Shown: positions 56,113 through 64,000 of the stretch, piece by piece
How the letters are laid out: each line of letters starts with the position of its first letter
Position numbering within the stretch: the first letter of the stretch is position 1
Virus record (IMG/VR): IMGVR_UViG_3300014204_000139
Coordinates: 1 to 64,000 of that record
Direction: 5' to 3' (one strand)
DNA length: 64,000 nucleotides
Source: a virus
Lineage: Duplodnaviria; Caudoviricetes
The notes under the pieces: model-generated
The model's database searches: none
What the model was told of the DNA's origin: nothing
What the model saw: only the letters and a program-made list of their open reading frames with translations
Position numbers and translations under genes: made by a program

Positions 56113-57446
56113 ATTTCAAGTTCCTTAACTAGATTAGTTAATTTTTCTTTATCATTTAATTCAGGTTCATCTAAAACACATTCCAATAAATACTTCAAAA
56201 CATCACCAACTTCTTTTCCTGGTTTTAATCCTGTTAATTCCATAATCTCATAACCATCTATTTTTAAATCTCGAAATTGATTAACAGGGTCTTTTCTATT
56301 AGCCTGATCTCTAAAACATTTTGTTAAGTTATAGATATCTCTTAGTTTATAATATTCTCTACTTTTTAAACCACCCATCTTATCACAAATTGCAACTCTA
56401 ATTAGACTTTGGTATGGAATATTACAATCATTTAATGATTTGAGAGTTCTCCTTACACCCTTTGGACCAGTTCTTTCACTGGAGACTCTCATATGCAATA
56501 ATATTAAATTAGAGATTAAATTAATCTCTTCATAACTAAACCTTAAATTTCCTAATTCAAATTTTGCTTCTTCACATCCTGTTTCCTCATGACCCTCAAA
56601 CCAAATATCTTTTGTTTTTGGGTTAGTTCTTGCAGAGATTGGTTTTCCTATATCATGAAGATAGGCAGCTAATTTGATTAATGGATCTTTTGTATGACAA
56701 TGATCGCCTGCCATCATACAGTGATCAAATACATCTTCTATATGATATGGACCACCTGGGTGCAAATATGCTAAATTTAAACTTGGAAAAACATATTTTA
56801 ATGCATTAATATCATAAAGAGATCTAAAGAATATGGAAGCCTTTTTTACTGACATAGCTTTTAATACTTCAAGTCTTATTCTTTCTGGACTAATATAAGA
56901 CTTAATATAATCAGAATATTTTTTCAAAGATTCAAATGTATCATCTGAAAAGTATCCATCAATTTTTGCTAAAAATCTACAAGCTCTTATGATTCTATTT
57001 GGATCTTCCCAGATTCTCTTTTCTGGTTCTCCATTAAATCTTATGATTCTCTTTTGAAGATCTTCTTGACCATTTACATAATCAATAATCTTTTTTGAAG
57101 TTGGATCATATAGTAAAGAATTAATTGTAAAATCCCTTCTTTTTACATCCTCTTCAGCTGATTTAGAAACTTTAATTTGTACATTTTTATCATTTAGTCC
57201 ATTATAAGAATCTGTTCTGAATGTTGCAACTTCAATACCATCAATAAAAGTAACCAGAAAACTTTTACCAAATGTTTTTATTTCTTGATCTTTAAAAATT
57301 TCAATTAATTTATCTGGTTCAGCTGAAGTTACTACATCTTTATCTTTACATTTAATCCCTAGAATCATATCTCTAACATAACCACCAACAAGATATGATT
57401 CATAACCTAAATCTTGAAGTTTTAAAATAATTTCTTCTGCAGTCAT
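56109..57446 (-). CDS. cca: Class II tRNA nucleotidyltransferase (CCA-adding-like) with HD domain
   Basis: VGGYVRD...DKD, RRDFTINSL, EDPNRIIRACRF, ERIRLE, HDIGKP. Confidence 0.9.
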   Translation of the reverse strand: MTAEEIILKLQDLGYESYLVGGYVRDMILGIKCKDKDVVTSAEPDKLIEIFKDQEIKTFGKSFLVTFIDGIEVATFRTDSYNGLNDKNVQIKVSKSAEEDVKRRDFTINSLLYDPTSKKIIDYVNGQEDLQKRIIRFNGEPEKRIWEDPNRIIRACRFLAKIDGYFSDDTFESLKKYSDYIKSYISPERIRLEVLKAMSVKKASIFFRSLYDINALKYVFPSLNLAYLHPGGPYHIEDVFDHCMMAGDHCHTKDPLIKLAAYLHDIGKPISARTNPKTKDIWFEGHEETGCEEAKFELGNLRFSYEEINLISNLILLHMRVSSERTGPKGVRRTLKSLNDCNIPYQSLIRVAICDKMGGLKSREYYKLRDIYNLTKCFRDQANRKDPVNQFRDLKIDGYEIMELTGLKPGKEVGDVLKYLLECVLDEPELNDKEKLTNLVKELEI

Positions 57447-57461
57447 AGTTTTTCCCTAATA

Positions 57462-57695
57462 TTAGTCAATTTCTACTCTATCTATTTTTCCACAAATAGT
57501 GCATTTATTAACATAAATTATTGATTTTACCACTTCTTGATAATAATAATTTCTATTTGTTATTCTATACTGTTCAATTAATATCCATTTATGATTAGTA
57601 CATGGTGGTTCTCTAAAAGCTTTTCCACAATTTATACAATATTGAAATCCATCTTTTTCAACTTTTCCTAGCTTATGTTTACAAAAATTAAACAT
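57462..57695 (-). CDS. Small zinc-finger protein
   Basis: CKH...CINCG...CTNH...CTICG. Confidence 0.65.
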   Translation of the reverse strand: MFNFCKHKLGKVEKDGFQYCINCGKAFREPPCTNHKWILIEQYRITNRNYYYQEVVKSIIYVNKCTICGKIDRVEID

Positions 57696-57738
57696 TAATA
57701 TTCCTTTTTATAAAAAACTTTTTAAAGATTTTATTTCT

Positions 57739-58014
57739 TTATATACCATATCTTCTATAATTTTCGCCTTCAATCGACTTTCTAATAATTTTTTCATACC
57801 AACTATTATCTTCGTCTTCAATTAAACTTTTATTAACTTCTTCAAGCAAAATATTATCTTCTTGATCATATGATTCAATTTCTAAAGTTCCAAAACAATC
57901 ATAATTATATACAAAACTTTTACATTTTTTAATTTCGCTTGAATCTTCTTTAGTACAAAATAAACTTTTAGTACAAAATAAACAAGGAAAACTTGCATCT
58001 TCTCTTACTATCAT
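57739..58014 (-). CDS. Small Cys-containing protein
   Basis: GAGGAG RBS; CLFC...C...C. Confidence 0.55.
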   Translation of the reverse strand: MIVREDASFPCLFCTKSLFCTKEDSSEIKKCKSFVYNYDCFGTLEIESYDQEDNILLEEVNKSLIEDEDNSWYEKIIRKSIEGENYRRYGI

Positions 58015-58316
58015 GATTCTTCTCCTCTTTCTGATTGAATAATAGCTTTATTAAATTCTTTTAAAACTTTTGAAATTTGATCCTCATGAAAACCATTTGC
58101 TGTACTTATTAATGTTTGTGGTATTTTCTTAATTAGTTTATATTTTCCTTGTCCAATTCTTTCTAGATAATTCTCTCTTGTTAGTGTTCTTCTGTATATA
58201 TCAATTGTATATTTTTCACCTGTAGTTTCTATTTCTTTAATAATTTCTTTTCTGGTTATTATTTCTCCAATTGAATGAGTATTTATAAAATTAATTAATT
58301 TCTGAAATTTTGTCAT
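58011..58316 (-). CDS. Winged-helix-like protein
   Basis: ITRKEI...YLERIGQGKY. Confidence 0.6.
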   Translation of the reverse strand: MTKFQKLINFINTHSIGEIITRKEIIKEIETTGEKYTIDIYRRTLTRENYLERIGQGKYKLIKKIPQTLISTANGFHEDQISKVLKEFNKAIIQSERGEES

Positions 58317-58818
58317 TTTTCTCTTTCTTTAATTTTAATTCTAATTTTTTCAATAAAAAAAGATAATATGTTTTAAAAATTAAAAGAATTAAATCTTCAT
58401 TTTCAATTTCAATTATTGGTTTATGATTATTAATTCCATCAAATGTTAATTTCATAATCCAAGTATAGTCATAATCAGAATAAATATTCATACAACAAAC
58501 CAATTTACTTTCTCTAATTATCTTCAAAAAATTAAGAGCGTATTCTTTATTGAATAGTTTTTTAAATAGATTATCTTTATCAAAATACAATTTTATATTA
58601 TTTTTTGTTAAATAAGAATACATAGTTCTATTTCCAAATGAAAATTTATGCCAAATTCTTTTAAATTTTGATTTTGGCACTTCTATTTTTTCTATTATAA
58701 AAATATGATCCAACAAGAAAAAAATAAGATCATCACCTTTTAAAGCATTAAATTTATTTTCTATATCTTTTATTCTATTTAATTTACTTTCTAAATCGTT
58801 CATTGTTTTTCCTTTCAA
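58291..58818 (-). CDS. Hypothetical protein
   Basis: First ORF after the CTAnATATATTA motif; start probably MNDL. Confidence 0.6.
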   Translation of the reverse strand: MKGKTMNDLESKLNRIKDIENKFNALKGDDLIFFLLDHIFIIEKIEVPKSKFKRIWHKFSFGNRTMYSYLTKNNIKLYFDKDNLFKKLFNKEYALNFLKIIRESKLVCCMNIYSDYDYTWIMKLTFDGINNHKPIIEIENEDLILLIFKTYYLFLLKKLELKLKKEKNDKISEIN

Positions 58819-58966
58819 TAAATTTTTATTATTTCATTAAATAATATATGTAGTAACTAATTAAATAACTAAATTTAAATTCGGAAGTTTCTAAAAACAT
58901 TTGATAAGTTCAGGAAAATATAGAACAAAATATAAATTACCATTATTTTACTCATGGAGAGAATGA

Positions 58967-59479
58967 ATGCTTAAAAAGTATTTAAAGTGGTTAAGCGAAG
59001 ATAATGAAACCGAGTCAGTTGGTGGTTTCGCAATAGATTCTTTTCCAAATAAAGCTAATAAAAAACCTTTACCCGTAGTATATCCAGAAAATATAGTCGG
59101 AGAAAATTATAATCCAGATGTTGAAAGAATTATGATTGATTTTGACAGAACTATTCATAAATATTCAGAAGGTTGGAAAGACGGATCTATATATGATGAA
59201 CCATTTGATGGAGTAAAAGAAGTTATTAAAATTCTCAGAGAAAATGGTTATGAAATAGTAATTTTTACTTGCAGATTGAGTGAAACTGCTAATGGAAAAG
59301 AAAATGTTGAAAAACAAAAAATCTTAATTAAAGATTGGTTGAAAAAATATGAAATTGAAGTGGATGGTATGACTGCAGAAAAATTACCAGCTTTAGCTTA
59401 TATTGATGATTCAGCTTTATATTTTGATGGACAATGGAATAAAGAATTTGTCAATCAAATAAAAAATAGAATTACTTAA
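58967..59479 (+). CDS. HAD-superfamily phosphatase with an N-terminal leader
   Basis: IDFDRTIH, IFTCR, K, YIDDS. Confidence 0.85.
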   Translation: MLKKYLKWLSEDNETESVGGFAIDSFPNKANKKPLPVVYPENIVGENYNPDVERIMIDFDRTIHKYSEGWKDGSIYDEPFDGVKEVIKILRENGYEIVIFTCRLSETANGKENVEKQKILIKDWLKKYEIEVDGMTAEKLPALAYIDDSALYFDGQWNKEFVNQIKNRIT

Positions 59480-59524
59480 AAATCAGAACAAATATATAAT
59501 AAGAAAAAATTTTAAAGAGATAAA

Positions 59525-60739
59525 ATGTCAAGAGGAAAAGTAATATCTGTACCATTAAATGATAATGAAAATTTAATATGTGAATATGGATGCGGTAAAA
59601 AAGCTAAATTTAGATTTACTAATAATAAAGTTTGTTGTTCAAATATACATGTTAAATGTGATAATTTTAGAAAAAATCTATCTGTAAAAAATTATGGAAA
59701 AGCAAATACAGGGCAATGTTTTAAAAATTACGATAATTTACTTTGTCATTTTGGTTGTGGACAATTAGCTAAATATAAGTTTAAAAATAAAGTATGTTGT
59801 GAAAAATATGTTAATTCATGTCCATCTGTAAGACAAAAAATGAGTAATAGCATGTCAGGTAGAGAAACTAAAGCTAATAAAATTGAGAATATTACAGGAA
59901 TTCTTTGTGAATTTGGTTGTGGAAAAATAGCACAATATAAGTATAAACTTGGAAAATATTCGTGCAGTGAAAAGTGGGAAAGTTGTCCAGTTATTAGAAA
60001 AAGAAATTCAGAAATAATTATAAATAAATGGTTACAACCAGATTTTAGAGATAAAATTACTAAAAGAATTAGAGATTCAAGAGATGAAAAATTTTGTAAT
60101 TTGATCAGTTTAAAAAAACTTTCTGAATGGCGAGATCCGAATAGTTTACTTAATTCATTAGAAAGAAGTAAAAAATTAAGTAAATCTCAAAAAATGGGAT
60201 TAGAAAAATTATCTAAAAAATATCCAGATTTTATAAAAAATAGAAATGGTGAAGTAATAGAAGATGAAAAAACTAGAAAAATTATAGTAAAATGTGATTG
60301 TTGTAAAAAATGGTTTATTCCAGAAGAAGAATATTTATATGAAGCTACTTTTAAATCTACTATTAAAAATTTATATTTTTTAATGCTATGTAGTTTTAAA
60401 TGTTTTATAAAAATGGGAATTGAACCTAAAAAATGGTCATATTTAGAAGAATATAAAAAATATAAAGAATATAGCTATAAAGTAGTAAAAGAAACAGGAA
60501 AAACAATTAGAAAATATGGAAATAAAATAAAAAATTTAGAGTTAAGAGGATTTAAATTTGGATATGAAATAGATCATAAATTATCAGTAATTCAGGGTTT
60601 TAAATTAGGAGTAGATATAAAAATAATTTCACATTGGAAAAATTTAGAAATAATAACATTACAAAAAAATAGAAAAAAATTAGGAAATTCTTCTATAACT
60701 TTAGAAGAATTATTGAAAGAAATTAAAAGTATACAATAG
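59525..60739 (+). CDS. Free-standing HNH endonuclease-like protein with three Cys-rich repeats
   Basis: Three Cx(Y/F)GCGxxA repeats; EIDHK...NLEIITLQKNRKK. Confidence 0.7.
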   Translation: MSRGKVISVPLNDNENLICEYGCGKKAKFRFTNNKVCCSNIHVKCDNFRKNLSVKNYGKANTGQCFKNYDNLLCHFGCGQLAKYKFKNKVCCEKYVNSCPSVRQKMSNSMSGRETKANKIENITGILCEFGCGKIAQYKYKLGKYSCSEKWESCPVIRKRNSEIIINKWLQPDFRDKITKRIRDSRDEKFCNLISLKKLSEWRDPNSLLNSLERSKKLSKSQKMGLEKLSKKYPDFIKNRNGEVIEDEKTRKIIVKCDCCKKWFIPEEEYLYEATFKSTIKNLYFLMLCSFKCFIKMGIEPKKWSYLEEYKKYKEYSYKVVKETGKTIRKYGNKIKNLELRGFKFGYEIDHKLSVIQGFKLGVDIKIISHWKNLEIITLQKNRKKLGNSSITLEELLKEIKSIQ

Positions 60740-60752
60740 GGGGTATATCATT

Positions 60753-61472
60753 ATGCGCTATAGTTTTGCTGAATTGGGGCAAAATATGTTAACAAGAAAA
60801 TTTGGTGGAACAAAAGTAGGTGTAGCAGATCCATATATTACAGGATATCATTTTATATATTTTGATAATCTACCACCAAGACTTATCAATTTTACAAATG
60901 CTTATAACAGTGGTTTAAATAATATTGATGAGATTGCAAATGTTCTTTCAGCTTCTTGTTTAAGTGTAACTCCTCCAGGGGGAAGTCTTAATAAGATAGA
61001 ATTTACTGGATTGGGTGGAGTTAAATTTGCGGTTCCTGGAAATATTGATTATGGAAATAGTGTTTCTATAAAATTCTTAGAGTTTAATAAAACACCTATT
61101 TTAGATATTTTCTCTGGATGGTTCAAATTAATTCGAGATTATAGAACAGGTGTTACTGATTTGGTTGATGGAGAGCAAGGAGAGGGATATACTAAAAAAG
61201 CTTATGGAGCTTCAATGTTTTATTGGACAACTGCACCTGATGCAGAAACAGTAGAATTTTTTGCATACTATGATGGTATGTTCCCAACAAAAGATCCATC
61301 TGATTTATTTGGTAGTGATGTAGAAACAGTAGGAAGACTTGATATAGAAATAGAATTTAACGTTGACTATGCATGGAGAGAACCATGGGTTCTTCAGAAA
61401 TGTAAAGATTATACTGAATTCTTCAAGGCTTCTAAATCAACTGTTAAAGAATACAATCCATCAGGAAGATAA
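60753..61472 (+). CDS. Tail tube-like protein (gp19-like)
   Basis: SVTPPG...VPGNIDY..VSIKFLE...W...YDGMFP...IEFNVD pattern and gene context. Confidence 0.7.
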   Translation: MRYSFAELGQNMLTRKFGGTKVGVADPYITGYHFIYFDNLPPRLINFTNAYNSGLNNIDEIANVLSASCLSVTPPGGSLNKIEFTGLGGVKFAVPGNIDYGNSVSIKFLEFNKTPILDIFSGWFKLIRDYRTGVTDLVDGEQGEGYTKKAYGASMFYWTTAPDAETVEFFAYYDGMFPTKDPSDLFGSDVETVGRLDIEIEFNVDYAWREPWVLQKCKDYTEFFKASKSTVKEYNPSGR

Positions 61473-61509
61473 TTTTAAAAATAGAAAATAAAAGAAAGGG
61501 GATTAAAAA

Positions 61510-62301
61510 ATGTCATTTACAGGTTTTAACATAAAATATCCAGAATACGAGGTAATAACTCCACAGACACATTTATCATTTACAACTAGAAGTTTAAGCG
61601 TTCAAGATGAAGAAAGATTAAAAGGTTCATTAATGACACCTTCTAAAATAATTGAACATTTAAACAAATCTATTTATGAAACATTAGTTAAGAAACCAGA
61701 TACAATTAAGGAGTACAAAGATTTCTTAAAATTAGTAACTTTAAAAGATAGAGATACTTTACTTTATGGTCTTTATCATATAACTTATGAAGATATAAGA
61801 AATTATGATATTAAATGTAAAAATTGTAAAAAGGATTTCTCGGTTACTGTATCAGCTTCAGATACTTTTAATTTTAATCCTTATCCAGGTGAAGATATAT
61901 TAACAAAAAGAATTAAAGTTACTCTACCAAAATCAGTTGGAGTTTACGCTTATATTAAACAACCAACTTTAGATGATGAAATGGAATCTATTAAAAATAT
62001 GTCAGCTAGACCTGGTTTAACAATGGATATAATTACAGAAACATTAATTATTGAAAAATTTGAACAAGATATTGAAGCTAGTATTGAACCAAGAATTATT
62101 AATACTAGAATTGATGTAATAGATGCATATAGATCTTTACCAGCTAAAGATAAAAGAGAAATTCATGAAAAATTTAATGAAGAGTTTGGTCAATTTGAAA
62201 CTTCTTTAAAAATGAAAGTTTTTTGTCAGCACTGTGGTACTGAAGATATTATAACATTAGATTTGGTCGACAACTTTTTTCGTATGGTGTACTCTTCATA
62301 G
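61510..62301 (+). CDS. Baseplate hub/tail assembly protein (T4 gp26-like)
   Basis: YPEYEV, two CxxC motifs, C-terminal NFF. Confidence 0.75.
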   Translation: MSFTGFNIKYPEYEVITPQTHLSFTTRSLSVQDEERLKGSLMTPSKIIEHLNKSIYETLVKKPDTIKEYKDFLKLVTLKDRDTLLYGLYHITYEDIRNYDIKCKNCKKDFSVTVSASDTFNFNPYPGEDILTKRIKVTLPKSVGVYAYIKQPTLDDEMESIKNMSARPGLTMDIITETLIIEKFEQDIEASIEPRIINTRIDVIDAYRSLPAKDKREIHEKFNEEFGQFETSLKMKVFCQHCGTEDIITLDLVDNFFRMVYSS

Positions 62302-62305
62302 TGAT

Positions 62306-62512
62306 ATGATACGTTATAAGAAAAGTCTGACAGAGAATATATTTTCATTAATGGAATTAATGAAAATTCCATATCATGATATTATGTTCATGCCAGTAAA
62401 AAGATTTTATGATTTAATCAAATGGAAATCTGATTTAGAAGAAGAGAAACAAAAAATTATGAAGGAGCAAGAAAGTAAGATCAGATCCAATCAAAAAAAT
62501 ATTAAGAGGTAA
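62306..62512 (+). CDS. Small tail/baseplate assembly protein (gp51- or gpT-like)
   Basis: YHDIMFMPVKR motif; follows the gp26-like gene. Confidence 0.65.
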   Translation: MIRYKKSLTENIFSLMELMKIPYHDIMFMPVKRFYDLIKWKSDLEEEKQKIMKEQESKIRSNQKNIKR

Positions 62513-62513
62513 A

Positions 62514-62939
62514 ATGGCTAATATATTAGATAGATTTAAAAGTACAACTGTTGGATCATCTGGAAGAGTATTAGATTATTCTTCCAAGTTATCTCCAAAT
62601 GGTGACTTTACTAAATTATATGATATAGATGCTATTCTTACTTCATGGAATAATATTTTAATTACACCTAGAGGTTCTATGGATCATGATCCTGAATTTG
62701 GATGTAATTTATACTTATATTTATTTGAACCATTAGATGAGGTCTCACAAGAGGGTATTAAAGATGAGATAATTAGTTCATTAAGTAGATATGATGACAG
62801 AGCTACTGTTGAAGATGTAGAGGTTTCTTTTTTTAAAAATAAAAAAGGTTTTAATGTTTCAATAAGTGTAAGTTATGCAGGAACTAAAAATAATTTAAGT
62901 CTCACTTTGGATGAAAATACATATCAGAACTTTATTTAA
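62514..62939 (+). CDS. Baseplate wedge protein (GPW/gp25 family)
   Basis: NILITPRGS..HDPEFGCNL...LFEP...RYDDR. Confidence 0.9.
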   Translation: MANILDRFKSTTVGSSGRVLDYSSKLSPNGDFTKLYDIDAILTSWNNILITPRGSMDHDPEFGCNLYLYLFEPLDEVSQEGIKDEIISSLSRYDDRATVEDVEVSFFKNKKGFNVSISVSYAGTKNNLSLTLDENTYQNFI

Positions 62940-62981
62940 AAGAAGAACAAATTAAAAATGATATAGGAGTCTACCATAAAA

Positions 62982-63530
62982 ATGGATGGAACTATAAAAT
63001 ATTTTGTTGTTAAAAAATATAAAGGATTATTAATTAAACGACATAAAAATAATACACATTTATTTTTTATTCCGGTAGATCCTAAAAAATATATGTACCT
63101 AGCTTTAATTGGACAATTATCTGATGAAGAAGATACATATGCTGCTCAGTTATTAGTAAGACTACCAGAGGAAGTTATTGATGAAACCATTGAAGGAGAA
63201 TATGAGTATTTTGGTGAAAGATTTGTAGAAGTAGAATCTTTAAAATGTAAATCATTAAATCAATCACCAGGAAGATATTCAATTGCTCTTCCAAAAAAAG
63301 GTTTTAATATTAGATCAAATTTGGAAATAGAATATCAAGTTGAATATAGTACTGTTTCAAGAAGAATATATCTAATCAAAGGAGATTTAAATTTAATAAC
63401 TGGGGAAATAACAGATCAAGACATAAAAATGGTTGCTTCAAAACAGGCAGCTTTTATGGGAGATAAACAAAGGTTTGAAGAAATGAAAAAAATAACAAAA
63501 TCAGGAGGATTAAAATACTATTATGACTAG
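62982..63530 (+). CDS. Hypothetical protein
   Basis: AGGAG RBS; promoter motif at 62945. Confidence 0.65.
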   Translation: MDGTIKYFVVKKYKGLLIKRHKNNTHLFFIPVDPKKYMYLALIGQLSDEEDTYAAQLLVRLPEEVIDETIEGEYEYFGERFVEVESLKCKSLNQSPGRYSIALPKKGFNIRSNLEIEYQVEYSTVSRRIYLIKGDLNLITGEITDQDIKMVASKQAAFMGDKQRFEEMKKITKSGGLKYYYD

Positions 63531-64000
63531 AGACAGCAAATTAATCGAACTTTCTTGTAAAGAAGTTTTAATGACAATCGTTAAAGAGAGTAAGGTTCTA
63601 GACAAAAAACTTTCTTTTTTCCAGAAAACTCTTTTATATGATAAGATTAGAGAAATGGATTATGATAAAGTTATTAGCCTTTTATTTAATGAAGGTGAAA
63701 AAATTACAACAGAACAGAAAAGAGATTTTGAATCAAAAACTAAAAAGATAGCTACATATGGAGCAGCAGGTATAGGTGGTGCGATGCTTTATAGAAGAAG
63801 AAAAAATTTAAAAAATCTTCCAGGAAAAATAAAAAGAGGGGCAAAATGGATGTTTCAAGCACCTGGTGAACTAAAATCTTTTAGACTTCAGAAGGCTGGA
63901 ACTAGAGCAGGTATTGTTGGTGCAGCTGGTGCTGTTGCAGGTCTATATCTTTTTAGAAAATTAACTGATCCTTGTATAAGAAAACATATTGGAAATAAAC
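63523..64000 (+). CDS. Gly/Ala hydrophobic-helix protein, probably a fifth paired-Cys paralog (3' truncated)
   Basis: MTRDSKL...GIVGAAGAVAGLYLFRKLTDPC; AGGAGG RBS; open to the window edge. Confidence 0.65.
   Translation, partial: MTRDSKLIELSCKEVLMTIVKESKVLDKKLSFFQKTLLYDKIREMDYDKVISLLFNEGEKITTEQKRDFESKTKKIATYGAAGIGGAMLYRRRKNLKNLPGKIKRGAKWMFQAPGELKSFRLQKAGTRAGIVGAAGAVAGLYLFRKLTDPCIRKHIGNK

Noticed and set aside
1-64000. Alternative genetic code (TAG or TGA reassignment)
   Set aside because: Long conserved genes are intact in code 11, TAG and TGA end genes at sensible positions, and no suppressor tRNA was found.

Overview
Fragment of a very AT-rich, large (probably jumbo) myophage genome using the standard genetic code. 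Plus-strand blocks (1-24259, 41337-44089, 58967-64000) carry virion genes: a Kelch/S74 tail fibre, baseplate proteins, LamG protein, tail sheath, tube, gp26/gp25-like proteins and probable head-internal proteins. Most plus-strand units follow a GAACAAA(W)nTAAA motif. Minus-strand blocks (24313-38999, 40044-41249, 44164-58818) follow a CTAnATATATTA motif. They hold 11 tRNAs plus one degenerate tRNA and a large RNA-repair set: RtcB interrupted by both an intein and a group I intron, an Rnl2-like ligase, a Pol-beta nucleotidyltransferase, a CCA-adding enzyme and phosphoesterases. Main unexplained signals: (1) four covarying RNA hairpins at 37230-37466 with a fifth copy beside the RBS of a 633-aa TerD-like protein; (2) a 264-nt structured RNA with two blocks of four heptamers, downstream of a DUF6847/DIP1984-like gene; (3) six genes sharing an MxxKxDF(V/I)TNSS(S/T) N-terminus around a radical SAM enzyme and a methyltransferase; (4) three tRNAs with C33; (5) a 196-nt expanded tRNA-like RNA. 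All family assignments come from motif recognition by eye; no database was searched.
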